DNA of 64,000 bases, from contig PLNR01000009.1 of assembly GCA_003141835.1 (NCBI GenBank), forward strand, positions 72,307 through 136,306, read 5' to 3'. The notes below the pieces were generated by a model. That model did no database searches, was not told where the DNA came from, and saw only the letters and a list, made by a program, of their open reading frames with translations. How positions within the stretch are numbered: position 1 is the stretch's first letter; each line of letters opens with the position of its first letter. Shown here piece after piece: positions 28,235 to 38,185 of the stretch. The stretch is from Candidatus Omnitrophota bacterium. GTDB lineage: Bacteria; Omnitrophota; Gorgyraeia; Pluralincolimonadales; Pluralincolimonadaceae. Position numbers and translations under genes: made by a program.

Positions 28235-28816
28235 TCATTTTTGGACGTGACCCTTCTCCCCTCTTGTCTTGCAATAAATTCTTATACTCTCAAGAAGTTT
28301 TTGTTTTCCTTCAATTGCTTTACCTTTACTAGTCAAGAGTTCCATACTTTGCCTACCGACGGTGGCTGGCTGATAATAAGGACCTTCTGGAAACTTATCT
28401 GTTATTTTCCCATTGAGAAAAAATCTAGAGCTAGATGTCAATTCTGGTTTCATCGCTTCTTTCTTCAGAAATAATACAACGGTATCGCCCGGGCCCAAAT
28501 ACATGCCTTCTTCGCTGATAGCTATCTCCTGCAAAATAAAAACTTCTCTAGAGTTTTCCTCCCCAAATAAAATTTCTTTTATTTCAATCCTTTTTATGGA
28601 CCCCGATGCGTCGCCTGTTAAGCGTTTCTTTTCTTGGTCATAGTCTGCAATTATTCCCGATTCAACAACAGTACCGATAATTATCAAGTCTGATTCGTCC
28701 ACTTTTTCATGAAGAGGGATCCACTGGGAAAGAGCATTCACATTACTAATACAAAACAACAAAAATCCCATAATAAATAATGCTATTGTTCCATATTTAG
28801 ATTTCAAAAATGGCAT
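28235..28816 (-). CDS. Hypothetical secreted protein, AT-rich gene.
   Basis: N-terminal signal/anchor MPFLKSKYGTIALFIMGFLLFCISNVNA. I recognise no family. Confidence 0.55.
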   Translation of the reverse strand: MPFLKSKYGTIALFIMGFLLFCISNVNALSQWIPLHEKVDESDLIIIGTVVESGIIADYDQEKKRLTGDASGSIKRIEIKEILFGEENSREVFILQEIAISEEGMYLGPGDTVVLFLKKEAMKPELTSSSRFFLNGKITDKFPEGPYYQPATVGRQSMELLTSKGKAIEGKQKLLESIRIYCKTRGEKGHVQK

Positions 28817-28864
28817 TTCGTCCTTCTTATCTAATTGGGGATGTGTCAGTTTGATATACCCCGC

Positions 28865-29386
28865 TCAAGCCCTGTCCTTCCTATATATACTATCATAAAC
28901 ACTTAAATCCCGCTCGGAGAAAAGGACGAAGATGACCTTATCCAAAGCGCCGGGGTTTTGGGCGATGAAATCCCGAGTGGTCTTGATGGCAATGGGCGCG
29001 GCTAATTCTATGGGAAACCTGTAGACACCGGTGGAGATTGACGGGAAAGCGATGGTTTTAAGGCCGTGTTCTTTCGCGAGATTAAGGGAGTTGCGGTAAC
29101 AGGAGGCGAGCAATTCAGGCTCGTTGTGCTTGCCGTCGCGCCAGACAGGGCCGACCGTGTGTATCACGTGTTTCGCCGGCAAGTTGTAACCCTTCGTTAT
29201 CTTTGCCCCGCCTGTTTCGCAGCCGCCTAGGGTGGCGCATTCGACAAGGAGTTTTGGGCCGGCTGCGCGGTGGATCGCGCCGTCTACTCCCCCGCCTCCG
29301 AGCAATGTTTTATTGGCGGCATTGACAATGGCGTCGACCGCCAGCGTCGTGATATCTCCCTGGAATAACTCTATCTTTGTTGCCAT
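28865..29386 (-). CDS. Macro-domain protein (O-acetyl-ADP-ribose deacetylase, YmdB-like).
   Basis: [40 protein letters not shown]. Confidence 0.9.
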   Translation of the reverse strand: MATKIELFQGDITTLAVDAIVNAANKTLLGGGGVDGAIHRAAGPKLLVECATLGGCETGGAKITKGYNLPAKHVIHTVGPVWRDGKHNEPELLASCYRNSLNLAKEHGLKTIAFPSISTGVYRFPIELAAPIAIKTTRDFIAQNPGALDKVIFVLFSERDLSVYDSIYRKDRA

Positions 29387-29979
29387 TATGCAGCCAGTTT
29401 TTTTCCCAAAAGGCGGGCTTGTTTCTTGTGCCGCGGGTTGAGGTCCTGTTTCGGCTTTTGCGCGGCGAGGCCCATGAAGAGAACGCCTATCGTCTTGGCG
29501 CCGAAGGTCTCGGCGGTAAGCTTTGACAGGTGCACTATATTCGAAGAAAAAGGAGCGAATATCGCGGGAGCGGCCGAGGAAGCTACGACTACCGCGCGTT
29601 TATTTTTCAGTTTGCTCCTAATTTTGGGAGCCATTCCTTCCCACGGCCAGTAGGCATACGGGGTAAGCCTCTCCAAAAATCTCTTCATCAAGGCCGTTAC
29701 CGTGTAATCATTCATGGGCGAGGCGATAACGATAGAATCCGAACGTTCGATCTCATCGAGTATACCGTTCATATCATCGGAGATCGGGCATTCCCCGCGC
29801 TTCGTCCCCTCTTTCTGGGTGCACGCCCTGCAATTTGTGCAGAATTCGATGTGCTTATCGAGAAGGAAGATCTTCGACACCTCGGCGCCGGATTCCTTGG
29901 CCGAGGCGAGGATCTCATCGACGGCGGTATCGGTAATTCCGCCCTTACGGTAGGTCCCGACTATCGCGGTTATTTTCAT
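29386..29979 (-). CDS. Flavodoxin-like fold NAD(P)H-dependent FMN reductase / iron-sulfur flavoprotein family.
   Basis: [24 protein letters not shown]...CTNCRACTQ. Confidence 0.7.
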   Translation of the reverse strand: MKITAIVGTYRKGGITDTAVDEILASAKESGAEVSKIFLLDKHIEFCTNCRACTQKEGTKRGECPISDDMNGILDEIERSDSIVIASPMNDYTVTALMKRFLERLTPYAYWPWEGMAPKIRSKLKNKRAVVVASSAAPAIFAPFSSNIVHLSKLTAETFGAKTIGVLFMGLAAQKPKQDLNPRHKKQARLLGKKLAA

Positions 29980-31472
29980 TAAATAAGTTTCATCTCTTCG
30001 ACATGAAGCAGAGGGTCGGCCTTGATGATTATCTTCGCGTGGAAGGTGCGCTCGATGGATTCTATCGCCTGGCGGTCCTCATTGAAGAGGCGCGAGGTGA
30101 CCTCGGGGTTAACGAGGAGCTCGACCTGTTTTTTCTTCGTCTCCTTGAGATATTTCTTGACCTTCCTCAACGCCTGGATAGAGACGGTTGAGACCGATTT
30201 TATGAGGCCGCGCCCCTGGCAATACGGGCATTCGCGGAATGACATGCTCTCGACGCTGCGGCGCATCCTCTGGCGCGTCATCTCGACGAGGCAGATCTCG
30301 GATAACGGTGAGACATCTGTCTTCGCCTTGTCGCGCTTCAACGAATCTGTGAGCGCCTCAAAGACCTTGCGCCTCTTGCCTGCCTGCATCATATCGATGA
30401 AATCTATGACGATGATGCCGCCGAGGTCGCGCAGCCGTATCTGGCGCGCGACTTCGCGCGCGGCTTCCATATTCACTGCGAACGCCGTCTCCTCGAGGCT
30501 CTTCTTCTCGGTGAACTTACCGCTGTTGACGTCTATCGCGACGAGCCCTTCGGTCGGCTCGATGACAATGTAGCCGCCGCATCTTAACGGTACCTTGCGC
30601 TCGAATAATTTCTCGACGTCCTTCTCTATTCCCTTCCTGTCGTAGAGCGGTATGTCGCCTTCGTAAAGCTCGACTTTAGACCTCAGGTGCGGGGCGACAG
30701 CGCTCAGGAAATGCTGTATCTTCCTGTATTCGTCGCGGTTGTCTATTACAAGTTTTTCGACGTCCTCGGTCAGGTAGTCGCGGGCGACCCTCAATACAAG
30801 ATCATATTCTTCATGTAATTGCGCCGGCGCCTGTTTCTTGGCCGCGCCGAACTTTATCTTCCTCCATATGCCCAAAAGATATTTAAGGTCCCTGCCTAAT
30901 TCACGCTTCGACTGGCCGATACCGGCTGTCCTTATAATTACGCCCATCTCCTTCGGGACTTCAAGCCCCCTCAATATCTCCTTGAGCCGCTGGCGCTCCT
31001 TATCGTCCGATATGCGGCGCGAGATCCCGAGGTGCCTGTCGTACGGCAACAAGACAATGTAACGGCCGGGTAACGAGATATGCGTCGTCAGGCGAGCGCC
31101 TTTCGTGCCGAACGGCTCCTTCGTGATCTGGACGAGGACTTCCTGCCCTTTTTTCACAAGCTGTTCTATCGACTGGTGCGGCTGCATGCCCCTCGGGGGC
31201 TTGAGCTCTTCCTCTTCCTTGTCGATCGAGTCAAAATCCATTCCCATGCCGACGATATCGGCCAGGTATAAATAACCGTTCTTCTCCAGGCCGAGGCCGA
31301 CGAACGCGGCCTTGACGGCCGGGACGACCGAGTTCACCCTGCCCTTGATGACATTACCGACCAGCGTCTTCTGCCCTATCCTCTCGACCGAGAACTCCTC
31401 GAGGACCTTATTCTCGAGTATAGCGAGCCGCGTCTCCTGCGGCTCTACGTTGATCAAAATTTCTTTTCCCAT
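29979..31472 (-). CDS. rng: Ribonuclease G/E family endoribonuclease.
   Basis: S1 domain, RNase E/G catalytic core and zinc-link CPYCQGRG. 497 aa. Confidence 0.9.
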   Translation of the reverse strand: MGKEILINVEPQETRLAILENKVLEEFSVERIGQKTLVGNVIKGRVNSVVPAVKAAFVGLGLEKNGYLYLADIVGMGMDFDSIDKEEEELKPPRGMQPHQSIEQLVKKGQEVLVQITKEPFGTKGARLTTHISLPGRYIVLLPYDRHLGISRRISDDKERQRLKEILRGLEVPKEMGVIIRTAGIGQSKRELGRDLKYLLGIWRKIKFGAAKKQAPAQLHEEYDLVLRVARDYLTEDVEKLVIDNRDEYRKIQHFLSAVAPHLRSKVELYEGDIPLYDRKGIEKDVEKLFERKVPLRCGGYIVIEPTEGLVAIDVNSGKFTEKKSLEETAFAVNMEAAREVARQIRLRDLGGIIVIDFIDMMQAGKRRKVFEALTDSLKRDKAKTDVSPLSEICLVEMTRQRMRRSVESMSFRECPYCQGRGLIKSVSTVSIQALRKVKKYLKETKKKQVELLVNPEVTSRLFNEDRQAIESIERTFHAKIIIKADPLLHVEEMKLI

Positions 31473-31774
31473 TAATTTGTTTCCTCTATAGTTTTAATGA
31501 TTATCCCCTCAGGCAACTGCGCCTGCAATCTGTTACCGAAATCCTCTTTCGATACCAATTCCTTCATATGGAAAACCGCTTCCTCGGACTCGCTCTCTAC
31601 GCCGAGTTTCAACGCGCGTTTAAAACTTATTTTGGGCCTGGGGCTGAATCCCTGCGATATGATGAGCGATATCTCGGCCCGGCGCGCCGCGCGCTGGAAA
31701 AGCCGGACGAGGTCGAGGTGCGATATGAACTTCATTTGGCCCGTCTTGGCGAAAATGACCCGGAGCTTATTCAA
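31472..31774 (-). CDS. Short DUF2344/TIGR03936-like protein, the usual partner of TIGR03960 radical SAM enzymes.
   Basis: KTGQMKFISHLDLVRLFQRAARRAEISLIISQGFSPRPKISF resembles the DUF2344 N-terminal consensus. It is only 100 aa. Confidence 0.6.
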   Translation of the reverse strand: MNKLRVIFAKTGQMKFISHLDLVRLFQRAARRAEISLIISQGFSPRPKISFKRALKLGVESESEEAVFHMKELVSKEDFGNRLQAQLPEGIIIKTIEETN

Positions 31775-32054
31775 CCTGGCCTTTGATAGTCTTGACGTCC
31801 TTCTTCAGGTCGGCGAGCTCCTTATGCAGCTTCGCGAGCTCGTCGAGTATCGCCATATGTTCCTTGTGCAGGGCGTCTGACGTATTCTTTACGAGAAGAT
31901 CCGTCCCCACGTATTCGCCGCGGGCGTACCGGGGCATCTTGGTGGCAGCATCGAAGTCGCTGTCCAAGCTGGAATTATCCTTACCGTTATCCTGCGCCAC
32001 CGACGGCAGTACAAATACCAGCATGAATATCAACGCAAAGAAAATCCTTTTCAC
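31767..32054 (-). CDS. Small secreted coiled-coil protein downstream of pilQ.
   Basis: Signal peptide MKRIFFALIFMLVFVLPSVAQ. C-terminal heptad-like LAKLHKELADLKKDVKTIKGQ. Confidence 0.5.
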   Translation of the reverse strand: MKRIFFALIFMLVFVLPSVAQDNGKDNSSLDSDFDAATKMPRYARGEYVGTDLLVKNTSDALHKEHMAILDELAKLHKELADLKKDVKTIKGQVE

Positions 32055-32074
32055 CGCGTCCTCCTTGTGACGTA

Positions 32075-33928
32075 CTATTTATCCAGGTAACCCCTGTTCG
32101 TGCCGCTGAACCCTTCAGCCGGCGCTACCACTGTCGCTGCGGCGGGTTTCTCTGATTTTTTATCTTCCTTCTTGTTGTTCTTCTTATTATCCTTCTTCGC
32201 GGGCTCGGGAGCGGGAACGACATTGGCCTGTCCCGCCGCGAGGGCTGACTTGACCTGCGCGATCTCCTCTGCGGTAAGCTCTCCCGGCCTTATCACCCTC
32301 GCCGTTATGAATATAAGCAGGTCTATCTTGCTGGTTTCGTTCGTCGCGCGCGAGAAGAGGTTGCCGATTATGGGGATGTCGCCCAGTATCGGTATGCCTA
32401 TCCGCCCTTTAGATTTTACGTCTTTCAATAACCCGCCTATGACGATAGTCTCGCCGTCCGCCATCAGGACCTGCGTCTCGGCCTCCCTGGTCAGAAGTAT
32501 CGGGTATTCGTTAGTACCTTTCGTATTTGTGTAAGACGAGACGACAGGATGGACTATCATATTGACGAATTTCTCGTCGCCGCTCACCTGCGGGACGACG
32601 TAAAGTTGTATGCCGACATCCTGGTAATAAGCAAGGGTTGTCGTAGCCGTAGCCTGGGCGGTGCCCGAGATATTAGATTCGATGATAGGATATTTTTGCC
32701 CTACCAGAATAAGCGCTTCCTGCCCGGAGAGCGTCACCAGCTTCGGCGCCGAGAGCGTATTGGTCCTTACGTCTTCCTCAAGCGCGTGGAGCATCGCCTC
32801 CATCTGCGTCCCGAAGATCTTCGACCATAACAGCTGGAGTCCCGCGTTATACGGGTTCAGGCCCGTGGCGAGCGGGGTAAAATTAGAGGGCTTATAAGTG
32901 ACAACGCCGCCGTTGGCCGTTACCTCTGACTGCGAATAACTGCTTCCCGTTAACAGGCCTCTCGTATCGTTACTTCCGAATTTTGTGGGAACCGTGCCGA
33001 GCAGGGCCCCGTTTGCGTCCGTCAGGAGCTGGTGGCTCTGCAGCCTTGAACCGGTGCTCCACTCCATTCCCAGGTCCCTCAACAGATCTTTACTTACTTC
33101 CATTATCCTCGCCTCAATGAGGACCTGGACCGGTTTTAGATCTATATCTTTTAATATCTTAGTGATCCTGTCGAGATATGTCGGCGTATCGGTCACCACC
33201 AGCGAATGCGACCTGGCATTCTCCCTTTCCCTCCTGGTTTTGCCTTCTTCTGTCGTCGCGGTTCCGGCTGCCGAAGCGCCCACTTTCCACCCCTTCTGTC
33301 CGGTTATCTCAAGGACCGATATCTTTCCCTGGGGAGAGAGCTGCGGCTCGAGCACCTTCTTGGCGTCCGTGGCGTCGATATACTGCAAAGTGAAGACCTT
33401 GCTGGTGATGCCCTCTATCTCGGTCAATTCCCTCTTCTTCTCCCTGCGCTCTTTCAACCCATCCACAGTCGCTACGGTGATGATATTGCCCTGGCGCTCA
33501 TACGCAAACCCGTATGTGCTAAGTATGACGTCCAGCGCCTGCTCCCATGGTACGTCCACAAGCCGTATAGTGATCGTACCGACGACTTCTTTGCCCGCGA
33601 CGATATTTACACCGCTCTTGTAAGCCAGTACCCTTAGGACATTTTGTATATCGGCATCCTTAAAATCAAGGGTCACGGTGTTATTCTTGTCTTCTTCGGC
33701 CTTCGCTTGTTCCGGGGAGATCTCCTGGGGCGCGGCTTCAAACACGGGTTGCTGCGCGGCTACCGGTGCTGTCTCAACCGGAGGCGGCAAAGCTACCGGC
33801 TGCTCAACGGTAGTAGGCGGTACGGACTGCGATTCCTGCCCGTATGCGTGCCCGAAAAATAATGCTGCAATAAACAGGACGCCGATGACCGAGATCTTTG
33901 CGCGATTGGACATGTTATTCCTCCTCAC
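32075..33928 (-). CDS. pilQ: Type IV pilus secretin PilQ.
   Basis: C-terminal secretin domain (VVTDTPTYLDRI, IVIGGL...GIPILGDIPIIGNLF). Pro/Gln-rich N-terminus and Lys-rich C-terminal tail. The start could instead be the ATG at 33913. Confidence 0.9.
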   Translation of the reverse strand: MRRNNMSNRAKISVIGVLFIAALFFGHAYGQESQSVPPTTVEQPVALPPPVETAPVAAQQPVFEAAPQEISPEQAKAEEDKNNTVTLDFKDADIQNVLRVLAYKSGVNIVAGKEVVGTITIRLVDVPWEQALDVILSTYGFAYERQGNIITVATVDGLKERREKKRELTEIEGITSKVFTLQYIDATDAKKVLEPQLSPQGKISVLEITGQKGWKVGASAAGTATTEEGKTRRERENARSHSLVVTDTPTYLDRITKILKDIDLKPVQVLIEARIMEVSKDLLRDLGMEWSTGSRLQSHQLLTDANGALLGTVPTKFGSNDTRGLLTGSSYSQSEVTANGGVVTYKPSNFTPLATGLNPYNAGLQLLWSKIFGTQMEAMLHALEEDVRTNTLSAPKLVTLSGQEALILVGQKYPIIESNISGTAQATATTTLAYYQDVGIQLYVVPQVSGDEKFVNMIVHPVVSSYTNTKGTNEYPILLTREAETQVLMADGETIVIGGLLKDVKSKGRIGIPILGDIPIIGNLFSRATNETSKIDLLIFITARVIRPGELTAEEIAQVKSALAAGQANVVPAPEPAKKDNKKNNKKEDKKSEKPAAATVVAPAEGFSGTNRGYLDK

Positions 33929-34295
33929 CTCTCAAATTTATGACTGATTCTTCGCCGCCCCTGTCGAGGATCACCCTCGTCTTCTCTATAGTCTTGACCT
34001 TGTAATCTCCCAGTATATCTCCGGCCCTCACGACCGAGCCGCCGATGATAGCGTATGAATCCCCGCTCTTCGACCAGACTATCCCCTCGAGGTTCAGCTC
34101 TACATTAGCCGTCACCGGCCTCAACTCGGGAAGCAGGTTGCCGTCCCTGTCGATGAGCGGCCTGAACGGGTCGCGCTTGTTCTTTGCGTCATATTTAAAA
34201 TTCTCATCCCCGGGCGCGAACGGCGAGAACGCGATAAAGATCAAAAGTGACAATAATACCGCGGTCCTCATTTTAGTTGTAAACCGCGTCCTCAT
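33915..34295 (-). CDS. pilP: Pilus assembly protein PilP.
   Basis: 126 aa, signal/anchor, KRDPFRPL motif, sits between pilO and pilQ. Confidence 0.8.
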   Translation of the reverse strand: MRTRFTTKMRTAVLLSLLIFIAFSPFAPGDENFKYDAKNKRDPFRPLIDRDGNLLPELRPVTANVELNLEGIVWSKSGDSYAIIGGSVVRAGDILGDYKVKTIEKTRVILDRGGEESVINLRGEEE

Positions 34296-34942
34296 TTTGA
34301 TTGTGTCTCCTCGCGCAGGACATATACCACTATCAGGAATCTCGCACTGTGGTTCTGTATGTCGTCAGGGTTGGCCTTTATGTCGAAATCGCCGACCGAC
34401 ATTATATTATCGGAGGTCTCAACGCCGTTTATGAACTCGCCTAACGCATGATAACTTCCCCTGACCTCGACCGTTACGGGTAGCTCCGTATAGATAGCGG
34501 CCGGCTTCTTAGCCTCGGTCTTAGCCCCGGGTTTCGCCGCCGGGACTGCTTTGACTACCTTAGCAGCTTCGGGCGGTTTCTGTACCGGTTCTATCTTTAT
34601 TATCTTGACCTTATTCCCGTAGGCGATCTCCGCGATCTTCTGCAGGATGTTAGGCATCTCGCGGTTCGGCGGCAGCGCTTTTTCATATTCCTTGAGTTTC
34701 CCCTGGACCGAGGCGAGGCGCGCCTCAAGCCGCGACTTGCTCGCTATGAGCGCCCGGTCTTTTTTCAGGGTTTCGCTTTCCTTTATGATCTCTTTCTTGA
34801 GTTCGCCTAACTTCCGGAAGGAAGGGATCATCGCGAACTGTATCAGGCTCAACGCTATTATGAAGCCGGCTATCCCTATCAGCACCACCTTCTCCAGGTC
34901 GGCCTTCGGCATTTTCGACATGAAATTAGAGAGTCCGGACAT
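34292..34942 (-). CDS. pilO: Pilus assembly protein PilO.
   Basis: TM helix plus coiled coil, then a PilO C-terminal domain. Positioned between pilN and pilP. Confidence 0.8.
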   Translation of the reverse strand: MSGLSNFMSKMPKADLEKVVLIGIAGFIIALSLIQFAMIPSFRKLGELKKEIIKESETLKKDRALIASKSRLEARLASVQGKLKEYEKALPPNREMPNILQKIAEIAYGNKVKIIKIEPVQKPPEAAKVVKAVPAAKPGAKTEAKKPAAIYTELPVTVEVRGSYHALGEFINGVETSDNIMSVGDFDIKANPDDIQNHSARFLIVVYVLREETQSK

Positions 34943-34945
34943 ATC

Positions 34946-35563
34946 TTATAACCCCTTCCCCTTCTTGAAATGGCAGATCACTATAAAATCCATTACCTCG
35001 GTCTTCTGCAATTTCTTGCGCTCTTCCTTGGCGATCTCGATCTCATCGAAATCGGACGAGAAAGAGGCGTTCTCTTTCAGGGAATTCACGAATTTCCCTA
35101 TCGCGGCTTCGCCGGCCTCGCTTGAGAGGATATCGGAACCCTCGATGACGAGCGTTTCCTTTAAACTTCCCGGTTCGTTCGGCGTTTCACTCTTCTTTAT
35201 GGAAAGGCTCCTCAGCCAGACCCCGGATACCAGGGAATTCGAAATGTCGTTGAGCTTCCTGCCGAGGTTGAACCTCAAGCCGGACAGCTTGTCGATCACA
35301 TCGACCTTTGAGGATATATCCCTGAGGGTATTGTCTATGTTGATCGCCTCTTTATTCGTGGCGGCGATCGACGCTATTTTTTTCTTGAGGGAATCCCTTG
35401 ATACGCTCTTCACCTGGATAAAGAACCATAACAGGACCTGTACGGCGAACAGGAGGACGACGATGCCTGCGGCGACCGGTATGACAGGCAGTGAAGGCAG
35501 CTTCATCGGCTCCCTCCTCCTGACGCGTAGATGCGGCGGTAAAAGATTTATCTCTATCATCAT
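34946..35563 (-). CDS. pilN: Pilus assembly protein PilN.
   Basis: MMIEINLLPPHLR then a TM helix. Confidence 0.85.
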   Translation of the reverse strand: MMIEINLLPPHLRVRRREPMKLPSLPVIPVAAGIVVLLFAVQVLLWFFIQVKSVSRDSLKKKIASIAATNKEAINIDNTLRDISSKVDVIDKLSGLRFNLGRKLNDISNSLVSGVWLRSLSIKKSETPNEPGSLKETLVIEGSDILSSEAGEAAIGKFVNSLKENASFSSDFDEIEIAKEERKKLQKTEVMDFIVICHFKKGKGL

Positions 35564-36490
35564 CTACCTTCTTATCGCGAGCCCGACGCAAACGGCCAAT
35601 TGGCCGGAGGCGTCCTTAAGGGCCTGCGGATCCACTTTAACGGAAACCGTGAGGTTTTTTACCGGGTCCCAGGCCGAGACCTCGAACCCGAAAGCCTGCG
35701 AGAAGCGCTGCAGCAGCGCCGTGTCTTTCGCGCCGCCGCCGCTGACGTATATCCCGTCTATACCCTTGCCGAACTGGTTCTCATAATAGTCGAACGAGAG
35801 CCTGACCTGGTTCTCGAGCGTATCCGCGTTCTTTACATCCACCGGGATATCGCGGGTAAAATTGAGCGTCTCGTTCTTGAGTATGCAGACGTTGGTCATG
35901 CTCGCGCCGATATTCAAAAGGGCGAGCGTCTTGTCCTTGCCCAACCCGGGATTGTTGAATATGAATGCGTTCGTCACGGCGATGGCGTCGCAGTCGATAG
36001 CCCCGGCCTCTAATCCCGCTTCGTTTATATATCCGAGATATTCGTCCACGAGATCTTTTTTCGAAGCCACGATGAGGACCTTCATCTTATTGCCTTCGGC
36101 GTTCTGGTCGATCACCTGGGCGTCTATATAGACCTCATTTATGTTGAACGGGATATGTTTTTCGGCCTCGAATTGCAAAGCGGATTTTAATTCGCCCTCG
36201 CTCATCTTCGGGAAGAGCACTTGGCGGACAACGACCCCCTGCCCGGATACGGACATCGTTACGTTTTGGACCTTCGTCTCCGATGAGGAGATCGCCTGCT
36301 TTATCGCCCCGACGACCTTTTCTTTCGTCTTTTCTCCCTCGATCGCCCGGACGGCGAAAAAATCGAGCTGGAACGCGCCGGCCTTTTGCCGCGACAGCGC
36401 CAATACCTTCACGGAAGAAGTGCCGATGTCGATCCCGACCTTGACCTTCGTCCTGTTAAAATTCAAAAACGGGAACTTTATCTCTTTCAT
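35564..36490 (-). CDS. pilM: Pilus assembly protein PilM (actin-like).
   Basis: VGIDIGTSSVKVLAL... Confidence 0.9.
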   Translation of the reverse strand: MKEIKFPFLNFNRTKVKVGIDIGTSSVKVLALSRQKAGAFQLDFFAVRAIEGEKTKEKVVGAIKQAISSSETKVQNVTMSVSGQGVVVRQVLFPKMSEGELKSALQFEAEKHIPFNINEVYIDAQVIDQNAEGNKMKVLIVASKKDLVDEYLGYINEAGLEAGAIDCDAIAVTNAFIFNNPGLGKDKTLALLNIGASMTNVCILKNETLNFTRDIPVDVKNADTLENQVRLSFDYYENQFGKGIDGIYVSGGGAKDTALLQRFSQAFGFEVSAWDPVKNLTVSVKVDPQALKDASGQLAVCVGLAIRR

Positions 36491-36493
36491 ATC

Positions 36494-36952
36494 CTATTCA
36501 ATCGGGGGATCGGACACGCCCGCTTTCCCCCCGCTCTTTGCCCTTATTATGCCTGTGCTGTCGGTAAAAAAATACCTGTTCCCTGTCCTGCCCGGGGTAG
36601 TCGGTTCGGCGCTCAGCTCAAAATTTTCCGGGTCGACGAACGTATAATTGAACCTGTAGCCCTGTTTCTGCTTGTTTACGGCCAGGACCGAATCGAGGTA
36701 GGGCGGATCGGAATCAGGCGCGACCAGGTTATCCAGGGCTGCCGGGAAAGTATGGGGGCTCGAATTCGTATAATAGCTGTTGCAGGCCGACCCGATCGTC
36801 CGGCACGACACTATGGCCGATGCCTCGTTCGCGTTTATGCGGGATGTAAGGAAGACAGGAATGGCAATTGCCGCCAAAGTAGCTATAATGGCGATAACTA
36901 TCATTATTTCTACGAGAGTAAAACCGTAATATGATAGTTTTTCTTCTTTCAT
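36494..36952 (-). CDS. pilA: Type IVa major pilin, paralog 1.
   Basis: Prepilin leader MKEEKLSYYG, then FTLVEIMIVIAIIATLAAIAIP (class III signal with Glu at +5). Confidence 0.9.
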   Translation of the reverse strand: MKEEKLSYYGFTLVEIMIVIAIIATLAAIAIPVFLTSRINANEASAIVSCRTIGSACNSYYTNSSPHTFPAALDNLVAPDSDPPYLDSVLAVNKQKQGYRFNYTFVDPENFELSAEPTTPGRTGNRYFFTDSTGIIRAKSGGKAGVSDPPIE

Positions 36953-36960
36953 TGGATTTT

Positions 36961-36989
36961 AGTTTATATTTTTTAAGCAAAAAAGTCAA
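36961..36989 (-). promoter_or_regulatory. Putative sigma70 promoter (TTGACT-17-TAAACT) for pilin paralog 1. It implies a leaderless or near-leaderless mRNA.
   Basis: The -10 element ends about 9 nt before the ATG at 36952 and there is no Shine-Dalgarno. Confidence 0.3.
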
Positions 36990-37057
36990 GGAAAATTGCC
37001 AAATATTACGATATTTCCCTCTTGACAGCCCCGCTGCGGCGGGACGTTGCAAAACTC

Positions 37058-37086
37058 TTGATATTAACAGGGCGTTATAGTAAACT
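37058..37086 (+). promoter_or_regulatory. Putative sigma70 promoter (TTGATA-17-TAAACT) for the plus-strand minor-pilin operon.
   Basis: Followed by a GGAGGGA Shine-Dalgarno and the ATG at 37107. Confidence 0.35.
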
Positions 37087-37106
37087 TTTAATTGGAGGGA
37101 TGCGAG

Positions 37107-37586
37107 ATGCGGTACAATCCGCTTAAACGCGGTTTTACTCTGATGGAAGTGATGTTCGCGGCCGGGATAATGCTCATCGCCATAGGCGGACTTTTGGGGG
37201 GATACGTTCTCTGTTTTAACCTGAGCGAGACGGCAAAGAACTTGACCTTAGCCGATAACGCTATCCAGCAGAAACTTGAAGAGATACACTACCAGATGCT
37301 CGAAACAACCACTTATTATGATAATACTACATTCGATATTCCGGGTTTCGCGCCTGGGAATGCCAAAGGCGCGATCTACGTAGACGCCATTCCCAATAGC
37401 ACGGACCTCAAAAGAGTGACTATCTCCGTCTCCTGGCGGCAAAAAAGCGGAAGGATAATCGGGTCGGATAACGGCAGCGGCGGCGGGATGGCGCTTAACG
37501 GGATACGCGACGGTACGGAGCAGGTGGACGCGAACGGTTGCCTGACATCTCCGGCGATGATCTCAGAGGTGGTGACGGACAGATGA
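37107..37586 (+). CDS. Minor pilin/pseudopilin with a prepilin-type N-terminal methylation domain (PilV-like).
   Basis: MRYNPLKRG then FTLMEVMFAAGIMLIAIGGL. The ORF-track start at 37092 is a TTG inside the Shine-Dalgarno. Confidence 0.8.
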   Translation: MRYNPLKRGFTLMEVMFAAGIMLIAIGGLLGGYVLCFNLSETAKNLTLADNAIQQKLEEIHYQMLETTTYYDNTTFDIPGFAPGNAKGAIYVDAIPNSTDLKRVTISVSWRQKSGRIIGSDNGSGGGMALNGIRDGTEQVDANGCLTSPAMISEVVTDR

Positions 37587-38182
37587 ACGCAAGATCTCGC
37601 AAAGGATTAAGCCTGGTTGAATTGATGGTAACCATAGGCATAATGGTTATAGTCGGGGGGATCCTGGCGCGTTTCCTTGTTATAGGAGGCGCGGCATGGC
37701 ATTCCGGGGACGCCGCTATACAGGCAGCCCAGGAAGCAAGAAAAGGCATAATGTACATGACAAGGGAATTACGGCAGGCCAATTTAGCCTCCCTGGCTAA
37801 TACGGCAGGCGCGAAATACGCGCAACATCCAAATACCGACTATAACTCCGTCGTCTTCCGGGTCGTGACCGTCTTTGCCGGTAACAATAATTACGGCGCC
37901 TACGGTTCCGTGATGACTAATGCCGGCGTGCCGAACTTGTCCGCTCCTATCTCTTATTACATAAATAACAACCAGCTGATAAGGCTCAAGGACAATGTCA
38001 CCAAAGTGCTTGCGAACAATGTGACCGGACTGGCGTTCCGCCTGCAAAAAGATTCTTATACGCTGAATGGCCAGGAATGCGCGGTCACGACTCTCTTGAT
38101 AACGCTGCAGACATCGAAGACCACTGCAGAGAGAAGGCAAATCCCGATGACTTTAACCAGCGCCGTCTTATTGAGGAACTAA
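37583..38182 (+). CDS. Minor pilin/pseudopilin (PilW-like).
   Basis: MNARSRKG then LSLVELMVTIGIMVIVGGIL. ATGA overlap with the upstream gene. Confidence 0.8.
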   Translation: MNARSRKGLSLVELMVTIGIMVIVGGILARFLVIGGAAWHSGDAAIQAAQEARKGIMYMTRELRQANLASLANTAGAKYAQHPNTDYNSVVFRVVTVFAGNNNYGAYGSVMTNAGVPNLSAPISYYINNNQLIRLKDNVTKVLANNVTGLAFRLQKDSYTLNGQECAVTTLLITLQTSKTTAERRQIPMTLTSAVLLRN

Positions 38183-38185
38183 AAA

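Noticed and set aside
36961-37000. Possible sigma54 (-24/-12) promoter TGGCAA-N5-CTTGA upstream of pilin paralog 1.
   Set aside because: The -12 element reads CTTG/TTGA instead of TTGC, and the essential GC dinucleotide is missing at the correct spacing. A sigma70-like TTGACT-17-TAAACT site fits better.
37092-37106. TTG-initiated N-terminal extensions of prepilin genes in the ORF track (37092 and 40417). These add residues before the leader peptide.
   Set aside because: The TTG codons fall inside the Shine-Dalgarno or -35 box. ATG starts at 37107 and 40381 give canonical short prepilin leaders ending in Gly.
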